Below are positions 12,186 through 26,426 of a stretch of 64,000 nucleotides of DNA, one piece after another. The number at the start of each line of letters is the position of its first letter. Position 1 is the first letter of the stretch. Below the pieces are notes generated by a model. It was given only the letters and a program-made list of their open reading frames with translations. It ran no database searches and was not told the origin of the DNA. Both the position numbers and the translations under genes were made by a program. The DNA is from Schmidtea nova (lineage: Eukaryota), in the NCBI GenBank assembly GCA_044892505.1, contig CM097883.1, forward strand, positions 152,582,001-152,646,000, given 5' to 3'.

Positions 12186-15100
12186 GTTTATTTATAGTTT
12201 TGTTATTATTGTGTATTTGTTATTTGCAAATAATATAGCCTAGAATCATTTCTTGCCAATTACCAGAATCATCGACTAGTCAGGTTAATAACGAAAAAAT
12301 TAACAAAAAACAGGTAATTTATTGATGCTTTCACTCATTGGGTGATATTTTTAATTAAATAAACAAAACCTCGTAAATTTATTAAGAAAGTAATTTATTT
12401 ATTGCTCAAATCATTTTAATAATGTAGTTTATTAATTACTTTAATACATCTTCAACAAAATACAACTAACCCCAAGTTATCAGTGTAAAAATTGAAAGAA
12501 ATTCAATTTAACCTTAGATTTATATATTTAAAAAACTACGCCAATAGGTTTATTTCCCGACCAAAATGCGCCAATAAAGATTAATCTGTAAACTACACTT
12601 TAAAAATAAGTATTTTCAAGAGAATTATTTTTATTTAGTTAAGTATTTAATGAAATTCTAGTATTTTCTAGTTGTTAATTTTGAGAATGACTTCAGTTTT
12701 ATTGATTTGGCTCTAGCTTTTCAGACAATAATTATCTATTTTTTGCATTTTATCTGTCTCATTCATTGGAAAGCTATAAATAATAGCAGTTAATATTATA
12801 CTCTTTATAAACTATTATCGTACTGCATATTATTTATTTTATAGAATATAATACATTCTCTTCGGACTTTTTACAAAATTAATTAATTTTGCACATTTGT
12901 TTAGTTATCATTTATAGTTGGTGGTAATTCATAACCTGTGCAACAATTGTTGATGCCATACGAAATTATCGCTAAGATCCTGCTTAAACTATCCAAATTA
13001 TTTTGTTACGCATGTGGGGAATATACTATTGTACAAAACATGATAAATATAACTGATTGCGTAAAGCAATCATATCATGTATATTTTGGTATTCATCTTG
13101 GTGACCAAGACAAGCCCTGAACTGCCCATAAAGTTTACAAGACCTGTGTAAAATTCCTACAATTCAGCTAATTGAAAAAAATTACCATCTTAGTATTTAC
13201 TTCATTTCCTGATTTGACAGATACAGAAGGAAGAAGTGATTAGCATAGACGATGCGAATGGAAGTGAATATGGAGGCAGTTTATCACCTTCGCCAATTTC
13301 CCAACGTGAGTTTAATGACCAAATACGAGACCTTAGTTTATTGAAGGAGACCTCTAAACCTTTAGAGTCAAGGTTGAATGAAAAAACGACCTAATTCCGA
13401 AGTTAGTATAACAGCCTATATGACCAGAGAACAAAAGTTTCTACGATATTTCAGTCAAGTATAAGCTCTTATTTATTGTCATAATGTTTCTGGATTTCTT
13501 CTCGGATTACGCAAATATCGCCGAGAGGATTGGCGACTATTCATTGATGGGTCAACCAAGAGTTTGAAGTGTGTCTTACTTCACAATGGTAGTTTATATG
13601 TCTCTATCCATTTGCTCATTAAATCACACTAAAAGAAGAGTAATACAACATCAGATGGAAAAGTGGATATACCAAACACCCATGTTTCATGTGGGTGTGG
13701 GATGTAAGGTATAAGAGACTACTGGGTGAAAGGATATTGCAAGCGAAAACATGATTGCCGACTAGGCTAACCATCATCAATGATACACTTATTGACTGAC
13801 GGAAAATCATTTTACCACGACTTCAAAACATGGTTTGTTTAAAACAGTTCGTGAAGGTTTTGAAAAGGTTGGCGACTACTTCAAATACGTATGTAAAACA
13901 TTCCCCGGACTCAGCAATCAAAAATTGAAAGCAAATTTGCAAGTTCATCAATGATTTTGGTTTCAACACTTCCATGAACATTGGCGAGGTTTCCGCTTAG
14001 CAGAATTACTTAGTTGCGGTGAAGAATTTTTTTGGTAATTATCGAGCTGATATTTATAATGAATTGGTGAAAAGCACTCTCTCACTTTAATACTCTTGAA
14101 TGCAATATAAGCATAAGGATACACTTTCTTCACATTTATTTAGAGTGATTTCCAGAAAATCTAGGCCATTTTCGCAAAAAACAAGAAAGATTTCATTAGG
14201 ATATAAAGACAACGGAAGAAATATATCAAGACCGTTGGGACAGGCATTTGATTGCAGTTTACTGTTGGACTCTGCAACACAAATCTCATACTGCAGCACA
14301 TAATTTTTAATGTAAAACAACAATATATCATTCTTGACTTAGTAAATCTCAAAAAGGTAAATGATTCTGGAAACCTATTGTTGCTCTTCGACACAAATAT
14401 TATTTAGCTACAGCTCAACAGTTTTTTAGTTTCATTAATGATAATCGTACAATCTTTTTAGAAACCAAAAGGAGTAATATTTTTAGGCAACATTATTTTA
14501 AAGACAGGCTAACTACGCGTAAAATAATTCTGAATTGTAATGTAAGTTAAAACTCTTCAAAGTAAAAATATATTCATCATGAATGGAACACTTGTTATTG
14601 GCCTAAGTGTGTGGTGAGAGTCGTTATTCCAATTTAATTACCTAAAGAAAAATTTTGGTTTAATGTTGCAAGTCAATGTTAAAGAAAATTTATGGTTTTT
14701 AAAGTTAGAATTCATAACTGTTTTAAATGTTTGCTAGAAATGCTCTTATGTAAATTTGAATATCACCCATAACATATTATAACATATTGAATATTATAAA
14801 TAACAGTTTGGAAACCTTAGTTTTTTACACACAGTTGCAATTTTACACGAGGTTTAAATAGTAGATAATGTTTTTAGCGAAACAACTAATTTTCTTAGAA
14901 TTTTTTCCATCAAACAATTATTGATCGTTATTATTTATTATATCCAAGAATACTCAGCGAAATTCTCGTCTAATATTTTTTAGTTTTTTAGAATTATCAA
15001 TTTAACCCTTTGATTGGCAGTATTTTTGGGAAAATATTGAGTTTCAGTTATTAAATCGCTTTCATATTCAAATTTTTATTAGAAATGATTCCAGAATGAA

Positions 15101-18100
15101 AATACATTAATGAAAATTTAGTCGGCTGGAGTAAATTAAAATCAATCATATTTTTTACAAGAATTAATTAAATTAAATTATTTACTCGCTTTCAACAGAG
15201 TTAATTATGTTTCTTTAGAGTATAACTGAGTATAATTATAATTATTTGATAGCCTCCTAACAGACAATATTCGAAATTTAAAAATTATAACCACAGACAA
15301 ACTGAACGAAAACAGATAAATTTAGAAATTTCTGAAAATCAAGTGTTTATTCGCTCAAAATCCGGATATTTGCCTCCTCAATTAAGAGATAAACAGAAAA
15401 TATCTGATTCACTAGAAGAATTGAAACGCATTATCAAAAGTAATCTAAATAAAATTACGCCTCAAAACTTTCCGGAATGTGTAAAAGAAATCGAAAAATT
15501 GAATATCGAAAACAAAGAAGAAGTGTCATGCCTTATCAATGAAATATTTATCAAAGTTGGATGAGCTTTTCATTTCTGAATTCAATTTACTTTTTAGGCA
15601 GTTAAAGAAGAAGCTTACAGTGTTACTTACGCTCAATTTTGTTATAAATTAGCCATCACATACGCTGATAATCCAGCATTTAAAGGCCAATTGCTCAAAA
15701 AATGCCAAGATATGTTCGAAACTCCATTACAAGTTAGTGGATTTGATTATTTGAATATTTTAATACTCAATTATTTCATGTAAAATTCATTTAATTTTCC
15801 TGTTTTTGAAATTTTCAAAATTGACGGATCAGATTTAGCAAAAGGATATAATAATGAGATAATTGACTTGCCTTTTAACGGGTTTATTCCTCTAGATCAA
15901 AGCTTCTTAAACTATGGGTCGCGGCCCAAAACGGGGTCGCTTATCAAAATCCTGGCGTCGCAAGATTTAAATGTAAAATATTTAAATACACGAATTTAAA
16001 ATAAAATTTAAATGTTTTATTACCAAAACTGAAATTTTAATGAAAAATGCAGCATGTACACGTAATTTTTGTGACTATAATAAATACAATTTAACAACTT
16101 TTTGTTCAATTTTTAATTTTATAATTTTATATCTTTCTAAACAAATTCTAAACCTAATCAATAAATCATCATAAAATATTTATATATCTTTATTTTATTT
16201 ATTTATATGGGGTCACCAAAAAAATCCAATTCATTATTGCTTGCCATTAGTGTTGCGAGTCACTCATTTTATTTAACATTTTCATTTGTCATGTGCATTC
16301 ATTCACGCTTAAAATATGTATGTATAGAGAGTTTGATGTGGTCAATACTATATTTAGTGATAAGTTGTGTCTCCTTGAACCAAGAAAACATTAAATATTT
16401 ATATGGTGTGTGTTAACCAATAGTTTAGAAAATGTATTCTTTATTACATTAAGAATTAACGTTGTATTAATTACCTATAGATGAATGCATTATTTACTCT
16501 TTGAAAATGATCTACCTATTTATGTCATGTTGAAATTAACTGAATTTATTACAACCAATAAATTTCTTATCTGTAGTAAGTTCTTCCTAATAAGCCTATG
16601 TATTAATTATTTGTACCCAATAATACGATTATTATCCGACTTGTTAGAGATATTTTGACAACTTCCTCATTGAGTGACAGATAAAGATAAAAATATTTTA
16701 TCTAATAGAGAAAGTATTGTAATTGCGCCATAACTGCGCTCAAAATCTCATGCTCATGTATCATGTATAAACAATACAAGTGAATAAAAATCTTTTTTTC
16801 TTCTTGAACTGAGCTTATTCAGTTAGTGAAATTTAAAATGATATTTTAAAATAAAACCTCACATTAAACAGAATTACCGTAACAAATAATTTGCATGTCT
16901 TCTAAACTTAACGATTATAGACAAATAAACAGCTAAACTAGAAAGAATCGACGAAAAGAAATAATTATTTCTAAGATATATATTTGTAAGTAACTTACGC
17001 AGATATCAAATTAATTTCAAGTAAAATACATGAATCGAACGATATTTCGTGCTTTTTAAAATGATGGCTTTTAGAGTAAAACAGATTCATAATTTCATCA
17101 TCAATGAAAAATTAGACTTTCAGAATATGGTAAAAAGATTCTGAATTATTTATGGACAATCATAGATACCTCAATCTACTGTCACTCTAGAAGTTCATAT
17201 AACTTCTGTATTTGGTTTTTTGATTTTATTATAGGATTCTTCAAAAAGAAAGAATCTCACTCAAAACAAATGTCAAGTTTTTCACATGCGATTCAAGGTG
17301 TTTAGGTATTGCAAACACCCCAAACACCATCTAACGGTTAATTCAAATAATTTAAACCTTAAAAAGTAAATACTAAAATGCATTTTTTGCAATTTTTTCG
17401 GAATAACTCATCGATGGGACTATAATAGACCCCTAATTTTACTCAATAATATGACAATGAAACTCAATGGGTTAAATTGAAAATATTTTGATTTATTATC
17501 TAAAAGGATGAATACAAAATCGCAAATAAAAGAGGAAAGGAGAAGATAATTAAAGCTTATAACAAAATTCCTTTTATGAATAGTAATTGGAATAAAACGA
17601 CAACGATTTACCAATAAACTTAAAATTACGTACCTTTTATAAAGGTTTACTTTTTATGAATATACTATATAGAAGTTCTATTGTAATATATTTGTTAATT
17701 AAATCTTTCACTTAAATAAATATTGTATTGATATATTTCTATTATTGAATGTCTTAATTTCCAGGATCAATTAGAAAATGTTCGCAACGAATGGAAAGAA
17801 AAAGTATTAAATGAAACAGATTCTAAAATGAAAGCATTATATGAATCAGATCTTGATGAACAAGTTAAAAAGGCAAAAGATAAATATTTTGGCAATATCA
17901 GGTTTGAAAGAATAATATCTTAATTCATGAAATAAACAAGTGATTAAACAGGTTTATTGGTGAATTGTTTTTGCATAGCTTGTTGGCTGGAAAGGTTATT
18001 TTAAATTGCATTGTTGAGTTGCTGAGAGACAGTTATGACTCAGATGCAATGTTAGCTTTGTGCAAACTTTTAGAAACTTGTGGCAAGCAAATAGATGTGA

Positions 18101-21100
18101 AACATAAAGATTCGATGAATAAATATATATTTGAAATTAATAGGCTGTCACAATTAAATGATTTAGAGAAAAGAATTAGATTTAAATTAAGAGATATAAT
18201 CGATATGCGAGAAAGGAATTGGGCACTTCGTCATGTACAACAAGAAAAACAAATCAATCCTAAAACAATAGAAGAACAAAAGGCAGAAGCAGCTGCTGAA
18301 GCAAACGCAGCTGCAATTAAATTCAACTTAATGACAAAGAAAAAAAATGTTCCAAATCCACAAATAATTAATTGTTAATTAATTTTTCAGTTTTTTAATT
18401 TTCACTATTTTTATCCAGCTCGGCGAAATACAAATAAAAATGTTTCAATTAAAAATTTGAGTTGCAATAGTCACAAACTAGATGAAAAAACTGTTCTTGG
18501 TCCAGTTCTAGGTAACTGGGCCACTGGAAGTGGATCAAAAGCTAAATCTCATGAAGCTGAAGGTTGGACATCCGNNNNNNNNNNNNNNNNNNNNNNNNNN
18601 NNNNNNNNNNNNNNNNNNNNNNNNNNNNNNNNNNNNNNNNNNNNNNNNNNNNNNNNNNNNNNNNNNNNNNNNNNNNNNNNNNNNNNNNNNNNNNNNNNNN
18701 NNNNNNNNNNNNNNNNNNNNNNNNNNNNNNNNNNNNNNNNNNNNNNNNNNNNNNNCAATTATAACCCGCGACGTATTCCGTTTCCTTACTCTCGACCTCT
18801 GAGAGTAGATATTTCTGAGACAATTTATGTTGCAATCTATTATAATAATTGGTTAACGATATATATATATATATATGTGTATATGTCTGTAAACTCTTCA
18901 CAGCAGAGCTGATTTTGAGAAAAAAAAACAAAAACAACATATTATCATAACTGTCAGATTCAGAATGACGTTAAATAAATTAATGCATGTTTTTACTCTA
19001 TGTATTAATGATGGTTAATTAAAAATAACAAAAATTTAATAGAAAGTGTCGTAAGTATATCTAATTAATATAATCTATTATAATAATTTTATAAATTTAT
19101 AAATTTATATATTAATATAGTATTATAGTAAACTTTTCACGTATATTGATATCAAATATATTTTATTTTAGATTCAAATCATAATTTTTATATCCGTCAT
19201 GGAAAAAAATATTATGGATATTAAACAGGAGAAGCGAAGAGAATATATGGAAAAATATCAGAGAAGAAGACGAGAACAAGAAACTGCTGCGCAGAGAAAC
19301 GTGAGGCTAGAAATGGATTCAGATAGAAAAAGTGTAAGACGGTCACAAGAAACTCCGGAGGATCGGCACCAAAGGCTGGAAAATTTATCACAAGCCCAAC
19401 GTGCACGGTTGGCACAAGAAACGCCAGAAGAACGGCAAGAGCGTTTACAGATTAAGACTCAAAATCGACGTACACAATTAATTCAGGAAACTGAAGAAGA
19501 TAGAGAAAGGAGATTAAGAGCCCTTTTTTTTCAGAATTTTGCTTAAAATATTACTGTGGGCCTGTTGTATCAAGTACAACGGGCTTTTTTTCTAGTTCTT
19601 TATAATAGATATTCAAATCTTTACAAAGCACAACGACTGGATCCAAGTAATCACGACCAGGAATTGTCTAAATCATTTTGATATACTCATCACAATTCAC
19701 AGCTCGACAACAGGACTGAACAACTGTAAAATGATCAATCAACCGATCAATATCCTGAGATAATAGATTAAATTTCGATGAGAATTTCAATTCGGAAAAG
19801 ATTTTCGAAAGCATTCGAAACATATTTCGAGGCAACTCAGTGATTCGTTTGTAAGAAATTAGCATTGATTGTTTTTCTTGTAATCTGGATTTTGCTATGA
19901 TATTTAACAAATTTGCAGCAAGATAATTCTCCAATTTTTCCATGCTCTGTTGTTGAACACCTTTGTATTTTTTCTGATAGTCTTTGCTTAAATTCACTGG
20001 AGTCATATCATTCCAAATGGCGCTGACAGTGTCCTTACAGAGCGGTATATCCAAACAATACTGATACGGAACATCTTGGAAGTCGAGAATGTTAAGTAAA
20101 TAAATTCTTTCTGTATCACCAACTTGAAATCCAATTGAAATCCAACTTGGAGTCCGATCTGTAGGGCATAGATTGGAATTAAGAGATTCGGCAGATGGAG
20201 AATCAGAAGCTGTCATGTTTTCAGCAACATAACTGTCGTTAGTCTTATTCACACTCAATTAATGTTCAAATGAATCTTCAATCTCACTGAGATTTTCCAA
20301 CTGACTCCATTTGGAACAAACATATTCAATGATGAATCTCAAACACAAATTATTATCAAAAAATGCAAATAACCATCATATTTTTATTATCCATAATAAA
20401 TTACAATGTAATTGTTGTGTACTCACCAAATATGTTATAATTGTTTATTTTTATCGTTGGCTGTGTCCGTATGGACAGTTTGGATTAACCCCTTTATATT
20501 ATTCCCCTTTTTGTTTATTGTGTAGAAGGGGTTGGGTGGGGAATCGGTGATAATTGTATTTTTATAGTAAAAATAATAATATTATAATAAGCCGAAACAA
20601 TTCAGATTGAAACAAAACATGGGATAACCCACACAGACACAGACACAGACACAAAACAAAATTATTGTTATTTTCACAATAAATTTGGTAAAAAAGCACA
20701 GAAATGCGACAAACCTTGCTCTTTTGACATATAAAGTCACCAATGATGGCATCGACAATTGGTGACAGCCAAACATTCACGGTGCATAGCAACAATATTG
20801 ATTTTTTTAGTGGACTCAGGTTCATTAATTTCATTATTGCCGAACCATCTATACAAAAATTTAAAAACCAACTCTATCAGTTTGTGCGCAGCCAACGGCA
20901 ACGCAATCGAAACATATGGTAAACAAAACATTAACATCACCGTCAACAAAATACAATACAACTGGCAATTCACTGTCGCGGAAGTCAAACAAGCGATTTT
21001 AGGATCAAATTTCCTTTCAAAGTTTAACCTATTAGTTGACTGCAAAAGCAAAAAAATTATCCCAAACAACTTCAACAACTCAGTCAACAAAAGTAAACAA

Positions 21101-22380
21101 TCAAACATACAAATCAATTGCGATATTGGAGTAATAACCACCCAGCACGGTGAAACAAAAACAAATGAACAAAACCTAAAAACAGAAAACAAAATTTTGA
21201 ACATATCTAATGAAATTATAAAAATACAGCAAACGGTACTGAACATAACTAATAAACTAACGGCAAACGACGAAATAAAATGCATAGTCGAACACACAAT
21301 AATTAGCAACGGATATCCAGTTCACGCAAATGTTAGGCAGCTAGACAAAAGAAAACTAGAAATAACTAAAGATATATTCGACGAACTGTTAGAAAACAAA
21401 ATCGTCAGACATTCAAATTCAAATCGGTCTTCAGTGCTGATGCTCAAAGAAAAAGCTAAAGGTGAATGGCGTGCTTGCGGAGATTACAGAGCTTTAAATA
21501 GAATTACAACTACCGATAAATACCCAATAACAATTATAAATGATATCATCAACAGGTTCATCAAACCAACGCTATTCAGCAAAATTGACCTAGGAAAAGC
21601 ATATCATCAAATTTCAGTCAGAACAGAGGACATTAGGAAAACAGCAATCATCACACTATATACCGAAATGTAGCGAATTGTTAGCCCCGCTGATTGAATT
21701 AAACAAAATGAAGAAAAAACATTAAAATAAATTGGAATGAGGAACTAATAACAGCTTTTGAACAAGCAAAAGAAACGCTGAAAAATGCAAGTATCTTAAG
21801 TTACCCTAACCAGGAATTGCCGTTCATAGTCAACACAGACTGCTCAGGATCAGAAATGGGTGGAACAATATTCCAAGAAGAAAACAATGGGAAAAAACCC
21901 ATAGCTTTTTTTCAAAGAAACTAAAACCACTTCAAATGAGATACTACACATTTAATAGAAAATTATTAGCGTTACACGATACGATCAGACACTTCCAATA
22001 TCTACTTGAAGGAAAGAATTCGAGGTGTTCACTGATCACAAACCCTTAATAAACGCTATGAACATGAAAACCCTTCACCGAGACAAATATGACAATTAAA
22101 TTACATCTCACAATTTAATTGCAAAATAAAATACATAGCGGGTTCAGCCAACATAAGCGCAGACGCATTATCAAGGATCGAAACCAATATCAATGCACTG
22201 CATTTACTACCAATCATCGAGATAGAAAAACTAAAATCAAAACAAAAGAATAACAGAGTTTCTAAAGATGAACTCACTTAACTGGAAGAAGTAGACAGGA
22301 TCTGGTACGACACATCAAACGACAACAACAAAAGAATTATCGTACCACCAGAATTCCGCGACTATTACATACAAAAATAC

Positions 22381-22417
<37 letters not shown>

Positions 22418-24679
22418 ACCCAGGAAACAAAGCCACATACAAACTTTTACATACAAAATTCGTTTGGCGGTATATGATAAGGGACGTAAAAAAGTTCGTA
22501 AAAACTGTTCACTTTGTCAAAATAACAAAAAAACAATTTAAAACAACGATTGTAAAATTTCCAAGTGCGGAACCGTTCGAAACAATACACATCAACATCT
22601 TCGGTCCTCTACCCCCAAACAACAAGCACAAATACCTGCTGACAATAATTGATTGTGAAACAAATTGGTTTGAAGCCATACCCATAAAAGAAATTTCTGC
22701 AGCAAAGATATGCAGAAAATTAGAACTAAATTGGTTCGCACGGTATGGTTCCCGAAAACACTAATCAGCGATCAAGGTAGACAATTTGAATCCGACCTTT
22801 TTAAAGGACTTTGCAACAAATACAATATCACAAAAATTAGAACAATCTACAATCAAACGGAAAAGTGGAAAGATTGCATTGTTCAATAAAACAAGCAATC
22901 AGAACAAAAACGGACAATATCAACAACTAGTTGGAAAAGTTACCAGAAATTTTAATAGGATTACGTAACAATCCTTCCAGCACAAACAATAAAAGTCCTA
23001 GCCAATCAATTTTCGGACACAACACAAATCTACCAAACCTAAAAAATAAGTGAAAACACAATTAAAACAAATAATAAAGTAAATAAACCCCAAATACTAA
23101 AACAAAAAAGCATTTTAAAAAACAAATACACTGAACAAAACGAAATTAATAGTAGATACAGTTTTAGTAAAGAAACCATTCACAAGCGGATTCGAAACGA
23201 AATACGAAGGTCCATACAAACTGATAGAATTTCACAAAAACTTTGGAACAATAATAAAATACAACAAACAGATTAAAATAAATATCTGCAGACTTAAACC
23301 ATGCCACAAAAACAAACCATGCACACCCAAAGAGCGAAACAACGAAACGCAAACCAAGAAAAAAACATTTCATTCAGCAACCATAACACGGTAAAAGAAT
23401 TTGATAAGAATACAATCATCGATTCACACAAAAAGCTATACAGCGAATGCCTCAAGTAACACAACACTACATAGCATGCAAACATAGTTCTATGTAAAAT
23501 GTATATTTTTGTTTTATTGAGATTTTGGATTTTACCCACCATGTAAAAAAAGTTGTAAAAATCAAATTTGGTTTGGACTTGTAACCTCCGGTTTTAAAGG
23601 GGAAAGTTAACAATTGGTGTCAGAAGTGGGAAGTTCAACTATTACTAATAATAGTGTTAGGGTCAGGCCCTTGGCCTTAAAGAATAAAAAGATAAAGTTT
23701 TAATAATAGCAATACTTAATTACTTAAAATAGATTAAAATAATAAATAATTACTATAAATATAAAATTAGAGAAAACAATTACTTAAAATAGAATAAGGC
23801 TATTTTTGGTAATTATTAATATAGAAATAGTTTAAAAAAATATTAAATTTTAAAATACCAAATATAGAACTTTTATTTTGAGTTAAGTATATAAGCCGAA
23901 GAAAATCATAGGCTGAGGACGGAAAATACTTAGGACGATAATTGAAGGAAAGGGATAAAACAATAATTTGACAGACGTTAATTTTCAACTCTAAAAATCA
24001 TTGCTTGAGATTATTAGAATCAAAGGGAAAATACATTCTATCATTCTAAGGGAATTTGTTGGAATATTTACATCAAGGGAGTATTAAAAAGAAAAGTCTT
24101 TTTAATCGCCGGAGCGGATTTGTTTGAATTAAAGAGAAAATTTATTTGATCTCCTGAGTAGATTTGGTTGAATATCTACATCAGAGAAGAATTAAAAGGA
24201 AAAATCTGATTACCTACACGTACGGGAGAAAGAGTATAAATACTATCAAGATTTTCATTATCGGGAGAGAATAATTGGAGTCGCAAGAAAATATTGATTG
24301 AGGGAAAAAGATAAATCTTTCAAGTAATTATTATTATTTTTTGTAAAAGAGATAAGGGAAAAATAGTGAAGAATAAATTATTATTCTTTTGGTTTTTCGT
24401 AAATTTAGAATAAAAAGCGAATACAAAGTAAAGAGATATTACTTTAGTATTCATACCCTCTTGCTTGCCCATCTTTTGTTAAAACTCTTAGCGATCGTTG
24501 TGCTACACAGGAGCCAACGATTTCTTGCAGATTGTCACAAACAGCAAGGATTAATTCCATCCGTAATCTTAATTGTTCTTTTGTACAAACATTTGATTGA
24601 TAAAATATCTTTGTAAATTATTTAAATAAAAGTATTTGAAAGCAAAGTTGAGTTTTTCCTTTGTTGTTATACGCAACCA

Positions 24680-24729
<50 letters not shown>

Positions 24730-26360
24730 TATATATATATATATATATTTATTTATTTATTTATTCATTCATATACTTATTTATCTATTGGAGTCAATTT
24801 GTGTTGAGATCAGTCACCCCCATCTTTCTGATCTTAACAATAGTAAGGGTTGTGCGAATTTTTAGGTAACTTGTTATGAATATTAATTGTAATGTGGTAT
24901 TGATGAGAAGGATTGAAGAGCCCAACAGAGTCACCAGTAAAACTTGTGCCGGGACTGTTGGGGTGCGTGTTATGTATATTTTGATATGTGATGCTTGTAG
25001 GTGTATTTGTTTACAACAATAATAAATAAAGAACTAACAATAGATAATTTTTACAAAATTTATTATATCCAAACAAACAATAAAATATAAATTTGAACAC
25101 GTACTCACGTAATCAGGAATTTCTTTGTAAATTTTCTCTAAAATTTGTTTCTTTTGTTTATATTTTTAATCAATTTCTTCTATTTTCGTTTATTTGAGCC
25201 TTAGCAATTCCTATAGTTAACTATTGATTTTAATTTAATTTTTAAATTATTATTATTTTTACTATAAAAATACAATTATCACAGATTCCCCACTCAACCC
25301 TTCTACACAGTGAAGAAAAATTGGAATAATATAAATAGGGGAATCCAAACTGCCCATACGGACATAGTCAACGATAAAAATAAACAATTATAACATATCT
25401 GATGAGTACACTGCAGTAATCAGCGACGAGATAAAACTCGATACAAAGAAATTCGAAAAAAACCCAACTCAATCCCTTAGTAAAACAAACTCTGAAATTT
25501 TATTGAAAACCCATAATTCCATTTCTTAATTAATTTTTTAAACCACAAAAAAACTCAAATTCATTAATTTGATATAAATAAAAACCAAATCCAAAAAAAT
25601 GTTTTTTAAACCAAAATAATCAAAATTTCTTTACAATTTTAATATCCTTTTTCTCTTTTTTATCAAATTCCTATTTTTATTTAATTACAGATATTCGATA
25701 AACAATAAAAATATTTCACTTAAAAACAAAGTCAAAGGGGACTCCAGACAAGTAAACAGTTCAATTTTGTATTTGCCTCACATTTAATTGCTTTTATATC
25801 AATTTTTCATTTAATATATTTGTCGAGATTTATTTTGCCCCTCTGTTCAAAGTGATTAGTTACTGGCTGGTGATATTCCATAATTATCGCATATAATATT
25901 TATATAGATTTCGACAAGACCGTCTAACAGCTTCAGACTTCCAGGCTCGACCCACAATCTCTCACACCAATCAAGCCCCACTGTTATTTATTTTTTTTTA
26001 TTTTAATTTCTTTTTAAAATATTTTATGAAGCGGGCGCGACCAATTATTATTATTAAATTATTATTAATGTTCAAAAATTTTATAACGATGGTTTCTTGG
26101 TAGCATATAATTAATAAATAACATTATAATCTTTCGCTGAAAATGTTAATGATATTTCAGAAAATAACTGGCATCTTCAACGTGCACTACTTTTACTTTC
26201 AAATAAATTGTATCTGCACCGAAAATTATTATCAAACTTATATTTTTTTAATATTTATATATAAAAATGAACTTAACAAACAAAATTTAATATATTTAGT
26301 TTATATTTTTGAAGGCAACTTTTCAATTAATTGTAAAGTAATTAGAAAAATAAACAAATA

Positions 26361-26426
<66 letters not shown>

